NCBI GenBank assembly: GCA_963661295.1 | Contig: CAVLBI010000133.1 | Coordinates: 168 to 64,167, forward strand | Length of the DNA stretch: 64,000 nucleotides | From: a bacterium | Lineage (GTDB): Bacteria; Bacillota_I; Bacilli_A; RF39; UBA660 | Direction: 5' to 3' | Part shown: one piece after another, positions 28,714 through 38,892 of the stretch | How positions within the stretch are numbered: position 1 is the first letter of the stretch | How the letters are laid out: every line of letters begins with the position of its first letter | The notes under the pieces: model-generated | Told to the model about the DNA's origin: nothing | Seen by the model: the letters and a program-made list of their open reading frames with translations, nothing else | Databases searched by the model: none | Program-made: the position numbers and the translations under genes

Positions 28714-28805
28714 ATTATGTTTTTTCTAATATAAATTCTTCAATAAAATATTTAGATATGTTATAATATATATGTTTAAAAGACCGATATAGAAAGGAAT
28801 AGAAC

Positions 28806-30599
28806 ATGAAACAAGAGAACATAAGAAATTTTTGTATAATAGCTCATATAGATCATGGTAAAAGTACACTAGCAGATAGAATACTAGAACTAACAGGTGC
28901 AATAGATAAAAGAGAACTAAAAGATCAGATGTTAGACTCAATGGACTTAGAAAGAGAAAGAGGAATAACAATTAAGCTTAATGCTGTAAGTATAAATTAT
29001 AAAAAATATAATGAAGAATACTTATTAAATTTAATAGATACTCCAGGACATGTCGATTTCTCTTATGAAGTATCACGTTCTCTTGCAGCATGTGAAGGTG
29101 CATTACTAGTAGTAGATGCCTCTCAAGGAGTAGAAGCTCAAACACTAGCAAACCTATATCTTGCCCTAGATAACAATCTAACAATAATACCAGTTATCAA
29201 TAAAATAGATTTACCTAGTGCAGATCCTGATAGAGTAATTGAAGAATTAGAAACAATTGGTTTTGATAAAGACGATATAGTTCTAACTAGTGCCAAAACG
29301 GGAGTAGGAGTAGATTCACTACTTGAAAAAATAATAGAAAAAATACCAAGTCCAACAGGAGAGAATAAAAAGCCTTTAAAAGCACTTATTTTTGATAGTT
29401 TATTTGATTCATATCGTGGAGTAGTTACAAGTATTAGAGTAGTTGATGGAACACTTAAAGTAGGCGACATCATGAAAATGATGGAAACAAATGCCTCATA
29501 TGATGTAGTAGATTTAACAATAAACACTCCAAAAGAAAAGAAAATAAAAGAACTTACTGCTGGTGAAGTAGGTTATGTTTACGCATCAATTAAAAGTATA
29601 AGTGATGTTCATGTAGGAGACACAATTACCCTAGAAAATAATCCATCAACAGAAAGACTTCCTGGATATAAACCAATGAAACCTACAGTGTATTCTGGAC
29701 TATTTCCAATAGAATCAAATAAATTTGAAGATTTAAGAGAAGCACTTTCTAAATTAAAATTAAATGATGCAGCATTAACATTTGAACCAGAAACATCAAA
29801 AGCCTTAGGATTTGGTTTTAGATGTGGGTTCTTAGGACTACTTCACATGGATATAGTAGAAGAGAGAATTGAAAGAGAATACGGAATTGATTTAATCGCA
29901 ACATCTCCATCAGTTGTATATGAAGTAATATTAAATGATGACTCAAAAGTATTAATTGATAGTCCAACAAAGATGCCTAAAAAAGAAGCAATTAAAAAGA
30001 CTTTAGAACCATATGTAAAAACAAGTATATTTACACCTAGTGAATATATTGGTCCAATCATGGAACTATGCCAAGATAAAAGAGGAACATTCTTAAACAT
30101 AGATTATCTTGATAAAGAAAGAGCAACAGTAAACTATGAAATACCATTATCAGAAATAGTATATGATTTCTTTGATAAATTAAAAAGTTATACAAAAGGA
30201 TATGCATCATTTGACTATGAAGTAATAGGGTATAAAGAAAGTAACCTAGTAAAGATGGATATATTATTAAATGGAGAAATAGTTGATGCCTTAAGTGTAA
30301 TAGTTCATAAAGATTTTGCATATCAAAGAGGAAAAATAGTAGTAGAAAAACTAAAAGAAATTATCCCACGTCAATTATTTGAAGTACCAATCCAAGCAAG
30401 CATAGGTGGACATGTAATCGCAAGAACAGACATTAAAGCCTTAAGAAAAAATGTCCTTGCTAAATGTTATGGTGGAGACATTACAAGAAAGAAAAAATTA
30501 TTAGAAAAGCAAAAAGAAGGAAAGAAAAGAATGAAACAAATAGGTAGTGTAGAAGTACCTCAAGAAGCATTCTTATCAATACTTTCTACAAAGGAGTAA
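28806..30599 (+). CDS. lepA: elongation factor 4 (translational GTPase LepA)
   Basis: [17 protein letters not shown] and NKID G-domain motifs. The full EF4 length is 597 aa. Confidence 0.95.
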   Translation: MKQENIRNFCIIAHIDHGKSTLADRILELTGAIDKRELKDQMLDSMDLERERGITIKLNAVSINYKKYNEEYLLNLIDTPGHVDFSYEVSRSLAACEGALLVVDASQGVEAQTLANLYLALDNNLTIIPVINKIDLPSADPDRVIEELETIGFDKDDIVLTSAKTGVGVDSLLEKIIEKIPSPTGENKKPLKALIFDSLFDSYRGVVTSIRVVDGTLKVGDIMKMMETNASYDVVDLTINTPKEKKIKELTAGEVGYVYASIKSISDVHVGDTITLENNPSTERLPGYKPMKPTVYSGLFPIESNKFEDLREALSKLKLNDAALTFEPETSKALGFGFRCGFLGLLHMDIVEERIEREYGIDLIATSPSVVYEVILNDDSKVLIDSPTKMPKKEAIKKTLEPYVKTSIFTPSEYIGPIMELCQDKRGTFLNIDYLDKERATVNYEIPLSEIVYDFFDKLKSYTKGYASFDYEVIGYKESNLVKMDILLNGEIVDALSVIVHKDFAYQRGKIVVEKLKEIIPRQLFEVPIQASIGGHVIARTDIKALRKNVLAKCYGGDITRKKKLLEKQKEGKKRMKQIGSVEVPQEAFLSILSTKE

Positions 30600-30604
30600 T
30601 ATTT

Positions 30605-31258
30605 ATGGGTGAATATATAACAGAAGAAATAATAATTCAAGAATATTTAAATAACTGGTTCACATATGAAGAATTAGCAGAATACTTATGTACTGATATA
30701 AATAAAATTAAATATACATTAGATAGTTACTGTGCTATGACAAAAGAATTAAATGCTAAAGTAAAACAACACAAACAGCATATAGAAAGTTACTATAGAG
30801 TAAAAGAAAATAATGAAGAAATCTATATATATCAAGCAAGTAAATATTATGCCGAAATAGCTAAATATATAATTGAAAATCATGCATCATTAAGACAAAC
30901 AGCCAAAAAATTTGAACTAGGTAAAACAACAGTATTTGACTATGTACATGAAAAGTTACCAAGCATATCAATAGTACTATATAAAGAAGTATTTAATGTT
31001 CTTATGGAGAATAAGTCATTCTCAACAAAAAATAAACGAGTAGTAGAACAAGTACTAACATCATATGATTATTTAAAAGAAGGACATATAATAGAAGAAA
31101 TAGCCCAGTTACAAAACATAGGTAGAAATGTAGTTCAAAGAAATTTAACAACGCGTCTTCAAAAAATAGATAAGAAAAAATATGAAGATGCAAAAGAAAT
31201 ATTAAGAGGAAATCAATTTAGTGGAATCAGTGAACATAAATTCACAAAGCATAACTAA
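30605..31258 (+). CDS. hypothetical protein with an embedded SpoIIID-like HTH segment
   Basis: SLRQTAKKFELGKTTVFDYVHEKLPSISIVLYKEVFNVLMENKS parallels the SpoIIID HTH and basic region. It lies between lepA and hemW. Confidence 0.55.
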   Translation: MGEYITEEIIIQEYLNNWFTYEELAEYLCTDINKIKYTLDSYCAMTKELNAKVKQHKQHIESYYRVKENNEEIYIYQASKYYAEIAKYIIENHASLRQTAKKFELGKTTVFDYVHEKLPSISIVLYKEVFNVLMENKSFSTKNKRVVEQVLTSYDYLKEGHIIEEIAQLQNIGRNVVQRNLTTRLQKIDKKKYEDAKEILRGNQFSGISEHKFTKHN

Positions 31259-32351
31259 AAGCTGCTACATTCATATACCGTTTTGTAATAGAATATGCTC
31301 ATACTGTGATTTTTGTAAAATATATTATAATAAAGACTTAGTAAAAAGATATTTAGATTCACTAAAAAAAGAAATAGAATTAAACTACAATCAAGAAGTA
31401 TTAAATACTATTTATATAGGAGGAGGAACTCCAAGTTCCCTAGATATTGATGAATTAGAATATTTATTTAAGACGCTAAGTATATTAAAAAAAGATAAAA
31501 ACATAGAATTCACTATAGAAGGAAACCTTGAAAGTACAACAAAAGAAAAATTAGACTTATATAAAAAATATGGAATAAATAGATTATCATTTGGAATAGA
31601 ATCAATCAATAAAGATAATTTAAAATTTCTAGAAAGAAGTCTTGATAAAGAAAAAGTAAAAGAAGTACTAGACTATGCAAAACTAATTGGTATATCTAAT
31701 ATAAATGTAGATTTAATATATGCAATACCAAATGAAACTAATGAAATACTAAAAAAAGATATAGAATATATTCTAAGTCTAAATGTTCCTCATATATCTA
31801 CATATTCATTAATTATTGAAGATAATACTAAATTAAAAATTAATAATGAAAAAAATATTGAAGAAGAAAAAGATTATGAAATGTATAAACTTATATGTAA
31901 GACTCTAAGAGATAATAACTATAATCATTATGAAATAAGTAACTTTTCAAAAGAAGGATATGAGTCAGTTCATAATACTTGTTACTGGAATAATGATAGA
32001 TATTATGGATTTGGTCTAGGTGCAAGTTCATATATAAATAATATAAGAAGTACAAATACAAGATCAATTACAAAATACTTAAAAAATGACTACATATATG
32101 AACAAGAAACTCTTTCTAAAAAAGATGAAATGGAATATGAAGTAATATTAAATTTAAGAAAAAAAGAAGGAATAGACTTAAAAAAGTTTAAAGAAAAATA
32201 TAATATAGATTTAATTAATATATATAATTATAAAGATTTATTAGAAAATAAATTATTATCATTATCTAGTAATACTCTTTCAATTACAGAAGATAAATGG
32301 TATATTAGTAATGAGATAATTGTAAAACTATTAGGATGTGAAGTAAAATGA
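31221..32351 (+). CDS. hemW: radical SAM heme chaperone HemW (HemN-like, oxygen-independent coproporphyrinogen oxidase family)
   Basis: CYIHIPFCNRICSYCDF motif matches CxxxCxxC plus the HemW signature. Follows lepA as in Bacillus. Confidence 0.85.
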   Translation: MESVNINSQSITKSCYIHIPFCNRICSYCDFCKIYYNKDLVKRYLDSLKKEIELNYNQEVLNTIYIGGGTPSSLDIDELEYLFKTLSILKKDKNIEFTIEGNLESTTKEKLDLYKKYGINRLSFGIESINKDNLKFLERSLDKEKVKEVLDYAKLIGISNINVDLIYAIPNETNEILKKDIEYILSLNVPHISTYSLIIEDNTKLKINNEKNIEEEKDYEMYKLICKTLRDNNYNHYEISNFSKEGYESVHNTCYWNNDRYYGFGLGASSYINNIRSTNTRSITKYLKNDYIYEQETLSKKDEMEYEVILNLRKKEGIDLKKFKEKYNIDLINIYNYKDLLENKLLSLSSNTLSITEDKWYISNEIIVKLLGCEVK

Positions 32352-32929
32352 ATATAGAAACAATGTTTGATAATGAAATAGGTTACATAAAAGATGAACA
32401 ACTTAAATCATCAATGATTAAATTATTAAAACTTTTACCAGAATATTGGTTTGAAGTACCTGCATCATCTACAGGAAAATATCATCCAGAATATGCCTTA
32501 GGTGATGGAGGTTTATTAAGACACTCAAAAGCCGCAATGCGAATAGGCTATGAATTGTTATCAGACCCATCAATTGGAGAAAAATATACTGATCACGAAA
32601 AAGACTTAATGTTGATGTCACTACTTGTACATGATGGATTAAAAAGTGGTAATCCAAAAGAAAAATATACAAGATTTGATCACCCAATTCTAATGGCTAA
32701 TTATGTATTAGATCATCATGAAGAAATTGGTCTTTCAAAGGAAGACGCAACATTTTGTGCAGATGTTATTAAAACACATATGGGATATTGGACAACAGAT
32801 TACAATGGTAATGAAGTCCTAGAAAAGCCAAAAACAAAGTATCAAAACTTTGTTCATATGTGTGACTATCTAGCTAGTAGAAAATGTATTTTAGTTCCAT
32901 TTGACAAAGATAACAAAATAAGTGTTTAA
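32348..32929 (+). CDS. HD-domain protein
   Basis: H...HD-type metal motifs (KYHPEYAL...LLVHDGLKSG...HMCDYLASR). Confidence 0.55.
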   Translation: MNIETMFDNEIGYIKDEQLKSSMIKLLKLLPEYWFEVPASSTGKYHPEYALGDGGLLRHSKAAMRIGYELLSDPSIGEKYTDHEKDLMLMSLLVHDGLKSGNPKEKYTRFDHPILMANYVLDHHEEIGLSKEDATFCADVIKTHMGYWTTDYNGNEVLEKPKTKYQNFVHMCDYLASRKCILVPFDKDNKISV

Positions 32930-32995
32930 AACACTTATTTTTCATTGTCATAAATATAAATTTTTGATAATATTATAGTAAAGGAGACAATATAA

Positions 32996-33559
32996 ATGGC
33001 AAAAAAGAATAAGAAAAAACTTTCAAAAAAGAAACAACTAGAATTAAAACAACAAAGAAAAGTAATATCTTATTGTCTAATTTTATGCCTTTTAGTACTC
33101 TTATTAACATATTTTATATTTTACAAAGATACCCTAAAAACAAGTGTTGATGAAGTAACTGCAAGTTATATTTCATTTAATAATTCCAAAACAACAGATA
33201 TGTTAAAAATATCAAATCTATCTAAAATGAAAGATGATAAGGGTAAAAGTATATTAAATCCAAGTACAAAGATGTTTGATGTTAATGGAAATATTAAAGA
33301 AAAATATGAAGTAGTAGTTTATGCTTTAGGTAATAAAGCTGATGAATCATACGTAAAATTTACTTTATATGATGAAAATAACAATGAAATAAATTCAGGT
33401 ATTTTAAATGATTCAAAAACTTCAGTAGATGGAGGAAAAGTAATATACCAATCATCAATTAAAAAAAATAACAAATTTAAACTAAATATGTGGTTATCAA
33501 AGAAATATCAAGGTAATACTAAAAATATATCATATGAAATAAAAATTAAACCTAGATAG
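32996..33559 (+). CDS. membrane-anchored hypothetical protein with a Lys-rich N-terminus
   Basis: MAKKNKKKLSKKKQLELKQQRK, then one TM segment and a hydrophilic domain. Confidence 0.5.
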   Translation: MAKKNKKKLSKKKQLELKQQRKVISYCLILCLLVLLLTYFIFYKDTLKTSVDEVTASYISFNNSKTTDMLKISNLSKMKDDKGKSILNPSTKMFDVNGNIKEKYEVVVYALGNKADESYVKFTLYDENNNEINSGILNDSKTSVDGGKVIYQSSIKKNNKFKLNMWLSKKYQGNTKNISYEIKIKPR

Positions 33560-33570
33560 GAGTGACAAAT

Positions 33571-34251
33571 ATGCCCGGAAAAATAATTGTAATAGAAGGA
33601 ACTGATTGTTCTGGTAAAGAAACACAATCTAATCTTTTAGAAAAAAAGCTACAAAAGCAAGGAAAAAAATGTGTTAGATTTTCATTTCCTGATTATCAAG
33701 CTCCAACTGGAAAAATAGTAGGGGGACCATACCTTGGAAAACCAGAAATTGGACCAAGCTTATTTAAAGAAGGTGCCGTAAATGTAGATCCATACGTAGT
33801 ATGTTTATACTATGCAGCTGATAGAAAGTATCATTTACCAAAAATTCAAGAGTATTTAGAGAAAGACTATTATGTAATACTTGATCGCTATACAACATCA
33901 AACTTAGCTCATCAAGGAAGTAAGATTCATAATAAAGAAGAAAGATTTAATATGTATCAATGGATTGATAAATTAGAATATTGGTTATTAGGACTACCAA
34001 AACCAGATAAAACAATATTCCTACATGTCCCACTAGAAAATACACTAGAGTTAAGAAAAAACAGAAAATTTATTGATGAACACGAAAAATCTCCAGAATA
34101 TTTAAAAAGAGCAGAAGAGTCATATTTAGAACTTGTAGAATTATACAACTGGGAAAAAATTGAATGTATAAAAGATGAAAAATTAAGAACAATAGAAGAC
34201 ATAAATGAAGAAATAATGGGAATTATTGAAAAAATAGAAGAAAGTAAATAG
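33571..34251 (+). CDS. thymidylate-kinase-family (dNMP kinase-like) protein with an atypical P-loop
   Basis: IVIEGTDCSGKETQ P-loop and DRYTTSNLAHQG block as in Tmk. TAGGAGTGA RBS precedes ATG 33571. Confidence 0.65.
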   Translation: MPGKIIVIEGTDCSGKETQSNLLEKKLQKQGKKCVRFSFPDYQAPTGKIVGGPYLGKPEIGPSLFKEGAVNVDPYVVCLYYAADRKYHLPKIQEYLEKDYYVILDRYTTSNLAHQGSKIHNKEERFNMYQWIDKLEYWLLGLPKPDKTIFLHVPLENTLELRKNRKFIDEHEKSPEYLKRAEESYLELVELYNWEKIECIKDEKLRTIEDINEEIMGIIEKIEESK

Positions 34252-34307
34252 CTTTCTTTTTTTTATTAAAAAAGTTAATAAAAAAAGAAGATATAATAAT
34301 ATATCTT

Positions 34308-36383
34308 CTATACCTTAGGAATTAATGGATTATTATTAATCTTAGGTTGCCCGTTACTTATATTTTGATGAACTGTTGTAGTTGAATTTATAGAACTAAA
34401 TTGTCCAGAATTATAATTGTAATTTGTATTTGAATATGGTTTTGAAGTAGGAGGCGTTGTTGCTGTCGGAGCCGTTGTAGTTACAGTTGATGAAGTCACT
34501 GTTGGTGAAGTACTTTTTGCAGTAGGAATACTTAATATTGTTGGATTAGTACTCTGAGTTTTAGCAGGAATAGTACTTTGGACTGGTGTAGTATTTATTG
34601 TTGGTATAATAGGTTTTGCCTGAATTGGAGGATTAGTAGTAATACTCTTCATAGCAGGAGCTGTTGTAGGAACACCAGCAGTACTTGGGGAAATAGGCGG
34701 CCTAATAACAGGCGCAGTAGGAATTGATGCTACAACTCCAGAAGTATTAGTATTTGTCTTTACCTGACTATCATTTTGTACAATTTGTTTATTTTGAATA
34801 TTATTATTTACATTACTAACAACATTACTTGATTGAATAGGAGCATTAGTATTTGCAACACCTGGAATATTAACTGCTGGCACAGTTTTTTTAGGAGGCA
34901 CATTTACAGAAGCTCCATTTGTCTCTGCACTAATATTTTTATTATCACTTGAATAATTAAAATCACTAGCACTAAATACTGGACCTTTCATCATATTAGA
35001 AATGTTATTTTTATCATTCTTATCAACCTTAGTATCAATTAACTCATCGCTTTCTTGCCAATCATCAGGATTGTTACTAGGTAAATTAGCAGTAACCTCT
35101 TTTAAGAAGTCACCAATTTCACTTTCATAAGTATCATCATCTTCAGTTTCAATTTCAATATTTCTATAAACTTCCTCAAAAGAAGTTTTACCTTCAAGAC
35201 ACTTTATCAAGGCATCTTGTAACATCGTAATAGTTTTATTTGTATAAACCATTTTAGCTAACTCAGTTTTTTCAAGCTTTTCATTATTAAGAGCAGATCT
35301 TATTTCATCATCAAGTTCCAATACTTCATGGAAAGCAATTCTTCCATGATATCCACGTCTACAATGCTCACACCCCTTAGGATTAGCATCCCATATCATT
35401 GGAACATCTCTATGCATAAATCTCTTAAATACTTTTTTCTCATAAGGAGTAGTAGGTCTTTGAAACCTACAATCTGGACATAACATTTTCGCAAGTCTCT
35501 GAGAAATGATTCCAGTTAAAGCAGTAGATAGCAAATATCTTTCAACATTCATATCAAGTAAACGTTCAACTGTAGCTAAAGCATTATTTGTATGGATTGT
35601 AGATAAAACTAAGTGTCCAGTAATAGATGCACGTACAGCAATTTGAGCTGTTTCAGAATCACGAATTTCTCCGATAAGTATAATATTTGGATCCTGACGC
35701 AAAATGGAACGTAGTGCAGCAGCAAATGTCATACCAATTTCTGAATTAACTTGAACCTGGTTTATTCCTTCAATATTCATTTCTATTGGGTCTTCAACAG
35801 TTATAATGTTTTTTTCAGGTTTATTAAGTCCTTGTAGAATAGAGTAAGTAGTAGTAGATTTACCAGAACCAGTAGCACCAGTAGTTAAAATAATACCATT
35901 AGGAATCTCCATCATTCTTTTAATCTTTTTTAAATTTTCTGGATGGAAACCTAAAGAATCAATACCTTCACTACTTCTAGTATAATCCAAAATACGAATA
36001 ACTATCTTTTCACCTTCATTTAATGGTAGAGAAGATACACGCATATCTAAATATGTTCCACCAAAGTCTCCCTTAATAGCTCCATCTTGTGGTAGACGTG
36101 ATTCAGTAATATTCATGTTTGCAAGCAATTTAAGTCTTGTCGTCAAATTTTTCTCATAAGCTTTAGGAACAAAAGTATAGTCCTGGCAATCACCATCAAT
36201 TCTGAATCTTACCATCATTCCATCTTCTCTAGGATCGAAATGAATATCGGAAGCCTTATGATTAGATGCAGCAATAATTATATAGTCGGCAACTTGAGTA
36301 ACAGGAGTCTTTGAAAAATCAAAAGAAACCATAAAGCTCTCAGTACCTTTTTGTACACGTTTTACGTCAAATTGTACCATCAT
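34308..36383 (-). CDS. GspE/PilB/ComGA-family secretion ATPase with a ~270-aa C-terminal Thr/Pro/Asn-rich low-complexity extension
   Basis: Walker A GATGSGKSTT, Asp box, His box GHLVLSTIHTN and tetracysteine CPDC...CEHC. No N1 domain. AAAAGGGG RBS before ATG 36383. The track ORF starts at TTG 36407. Confidence 0.85.
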   Translation of the reverse strand: MMVQFDVKRVQKGTESFMVSFDFSKTPVTQVADYIIIAASNHKASDIHFDPREDGMMVRFRIDGDCQDYTFVPKAYEKNLTTRLKLLANMNITESRLPQDGAIKGDFGGTYLDMRVSSLPLNEGEKIVIRILDYTRSSEGIDSLGFHPENLKKIKRMMEIPNGIILTTGATGSGKSTTTYSILQGLNKPEKNIITVEDPIEMNIEGINQVQVNSEIGMTFAAALRSILRQDPNIILIGEIRDSETAQIAVRASITGHLVLSTIHTNNALATVERLLDMNVERYLLSTALTGIISQRLAKMLCPDCRFQRPTTPYEKKVFKRFMHRDVPMIWDANPKGCEHCRRGYHGRIAFHEVLELDDEIRSALNNEKLEKTELAKMVYTNKTITMLQDALIKCLEGKTSFEEVYRNIEIETEDDDTYESEIGDFLKEVTANLPSNNPDDWQESDELIDTKVDKNDKNNISNMMKGPVFSASDFNYSSDNKNISAETNGASVNVPPKKTVPAVNIPGVANTNAPIQSSNVVSNVNNNIQNKQIVQNDSQVKTNTNTSGVVASIPTAPVIRPPISPSTAGVPTTAPAMKSITTNPPIQAKPIIPTINTTPVQSTIPAKTQSTNPTILSIPTAKSTSPTVTSSTVTTTAPTATTPPTSKPYSNTNYNYNSGQFSSINSTTTVHQNISNGQPKINNNPLIPKV

Positions 36384-36508
36384 TCCAACCCCTTTTGTTG
36401 AATTCAATGATAAATACCATAATTAAAAAAGATTAAAACTATGGCATTTTACTAAAATATATTATATAATAAATTCTAGATAATAGCAAGGAGAGTGACA
36501 AGGAAAAA

Positions 36509-37258
36509 ATGAAAAAAAATTCTAACAAAGGCTTCGTTCTTGCTGAAACGTTAGTAACAACAGTTTTTTTAATGGTTATCTTTACAATGATTTACTCTAA
36601 TTTTTATCCCCTAATAGGTGAATATGAAAAAAGAGAAAATTATGATACAGCAGATGGAAAATATGCAGCTTATTGGATGAAAAAAATAGTAGAAGATGAA
36701 AACTATGGTGCTAACTCTGATGCAATGATTAAAAAGAAATATAATTTGAAAAATTATGGTTATTTTAGAGTAGAGTGTACTGATTTTTCAGACTCATCTC
36801 AAACAAAAAGTTTGTGTATGAACTTAGTTAAGGATTATGAGATAAATGGTTGCAGTAGAGATGGAAAAGGTTCTAGTTGTGATATATTTTTAACTAAATA
36901 TCAAATAGGTGATACTAACCCAGACTTCAAAAAGCGTGTAAAGGACAATTTAAAGAATTGGCAAGAAGATTGTTTCACAACAAGTGGAGCAGTAGGAGAT
37001 GCAACAACATGTAGAAATGAATACATTCAAAAATGTATTTCAGAAAGTCAAAAAAACCCAGAAACACAAAGACCGATATGTGAAAAAGAAGCAGATAAAA
37101 AAGTATTTTCAAGTAATTTTCAAGACTATATTGAATACTTGCCAAAATATACAACACCATCACTAAATCTAGCCCCATATAGAGTAATTATAGTTGTTCA
37201 TCATACAAAGGATTATAATAATTACCTATCATATTCGACAATCGAGGTGAATAGATAA
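36509..37258 (+). CDS. prepilin-type pilin-like protein with a Cys-rich C-terminal domain
   Basis: MKKNSNKG|FVLAETLVTTVFLMVIF class III signal. Ten Cys in the mature part. Confidence 0.7.
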   Translation: MKKNSNKGFVLAETLVTTVFLMVIFTMIYSNFYPLIGEYEKRENYDTADGKYAAYWMKKIVEDENYGANSDAMIKKKYNLKNYGYFRVECTDFSDSSQTKSLCMNLVKDYEINGCSRDGKGSSCDIFLTKYQIGDTNPDFKKRVKDNLKNWQEDCFTTSGAVGDATTCRNEYIQKCISESQKNPETQRPICEKEADKKVFSSNFQDYIEYLPKYTTPSLNLAPYRVIIVVHHTKDYNNYLSYSTIEVNR

Positions 37259-37971
37259 TGAGAAAGTTAAATAATAAAGGTATAACAACAATCGAGTTAA
37301 TAGTATCAATAGTCTTAATCATGATGGTTGCATCATCCCTTTTCTCAACGATAACAGCTTATAATGAAAAAAGACAAGTAGAAAGTTATAAAGCAGAAAT
37401 ATTAACTTATAAAAATAATCTTACAAAACTAATTCAAGATGACTTCATAAAAATAGGAATAACAAAAGCAACTTACAAAAGATATACATCAGGAACATCA
37501 TCAAACAATACATATGATATATTAAAAGTAGAAGATAAAATGACTCTATATCAAATAGATTATATATTAGAAGATGGAACTCCAAGAAGATTAATAATCT
37601 ATCAACAATATACAAAAAGTAGTGACCATCCATCAGGCTCAAATTCAAGAAATGACTACTTCATGATTGAATATGGAACACCAGACTTAACAAAAAATGA
37701 TGTTGATGATCAAAACGAACCGCTTATAGAGTATCCACTACCAAATCTAGGAAGTCATACAGCAGATAATGGCTTAACAACAAAAGACTTAACAATCAAT
37801 AATGTTTTAATATCATTTGGACAAGATGAAACTTATTCAACAACAAATATCCTATCAATATATATAGGCTTCTATCACCCAGAACTATCAACAAAATACG
37901 GAATAAACATAATTTGCCCAATAAATTATAAAGGAAGTAGTACAGAAATAACTAATAGTTTTGATATTTAA
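37258..37971 (+). CDS. prepilin-type pilin-like (minor pilin-like) protein
   Basis: MRKLNNKG|ITTIELIVSIVLIMMVASS. Its start overlaps the upstream pilin gene's stop (ATAATG). Confidence 0.7.
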   Translation: MRKLNNKGITTIELIVSIVLIMMVASSLFSTITAYNEKRQVESYKAEILTYKNNLTKLIQDDFIKIGITKATYKRYTSGTSSNNTYDILKVEDKMTLYQIDYILEDGTPRRLIIYQQYTKSSDHPSGSNSRNDYFMIEYGTPDLTKNDVDDQNEPLIEYPLPNLGSHTADNGLTTKDLTINNVLISFGQDETYSTTNILSIYIGFYHPELSTKYGINIICPINYKGSSTEITNSFDI

Positions 37972-38852
37972 ATGAAATATAAAATATTAAAAATAATAAC
38001 AGCTAAAATAGTTCCAATAACTCTTCCAATAAAAAAATATTTATATTTAATTGAAGTATCCGAAAGGATACTTTTTACTTGTAAGTGAATAGATATACCA
38101 CCAAAACTAATAAATAATAAAACAACCAATCCCCTTAAATATAGATTACTAATTAAAACACTAGAATAAATCCCTTTAGTAAGATCAAAAACACCACATA
38201 CAATTACATATAATATCCCATTAATATCAAAAGTATTAATAATTATACAAGCAATTAAATAGAAAAATATAGATACACCATATATAGTTACTAGTACTTT
38301 TAATGAATTATGTATTGCTTTAACAAGTCCTTTCGAAAAATCATCATTTATTGTATAAGTACTTTTATATTCTTGGGTTTTACGTGAAAATATAAGAATT
38401 ATCAAATTACTCAAAATAATTGCCAGTAATAAACATCTTATTATTTTATTATCGCCTATAACGAGTGTTAGGGAGCTAATCATAAATAATGGATTAGGAA
38501 AATGACTAAACATAAGCATCCTGTTAGCTTCATTAACTCCAACAATACCACTATTATATAGATCTTTTGTATACTTACTTCCACTAGGAAAACCACTAAT
38601 CATACTAATTAAGAAAATATAAAGGTTAGTTGTTCTAACATGGAAAACTCTATCTAAAAAAGAAATAATCCCATAGTCAATTAATAAACTACTAATAATA
38701 AAGAAAATAAAACTAACGGGAAACATCTTTTTTATAAAAATTTCAGTATAATCTAAAATACTAACAATTACTAAGTTACTATTAAACAGGTAAAACACAA
38801 GCATTCCAATTAATGTGACAAGTATTAGTCTACTTTTATATATTTTTTTCAT
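37968..38852 (-). CDS. polytopic membrane protein, possibly YlbJ-like (nucleoside-recognition/Gate-domain)
   Basis: 8-10 TM segments. AAAGGA RBS precedes ATG 38852 (MKKIYKSRL...). Adjacent to a YlbL-like gene. Confidence 0.45.
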   Translation of the reverse strand: MKKIYKSRLILVTLIGMLVFYLFNSNLVIVSILDYTEIFIKKMFPVSFIFFIISSLLIDYGIISFLDRVFHVRTTNLYIFLISMISGFPSGSKYTKDLYNSGIVGVNEANRMLMFSHFPNPLFMISSLTLVIGDNKIIRCLLLAIILSNLIILIFSRKTQEYKSTYTINDDFSKGLVKAIHNSLKVLVTIYGVSIFFYLIACIIINTFDINGILYVIVCGVFDLTKGIYSSVLISNLYLRGLVVLLFISFGGISIHLQVKSILSDTSIKYKYFFIGRVIGTILAVIIFNILYFI

Positions 38853-38892
38853 ATTTATCCTTTTCTTTGTTATAATTATTTTAGGTGATAAG

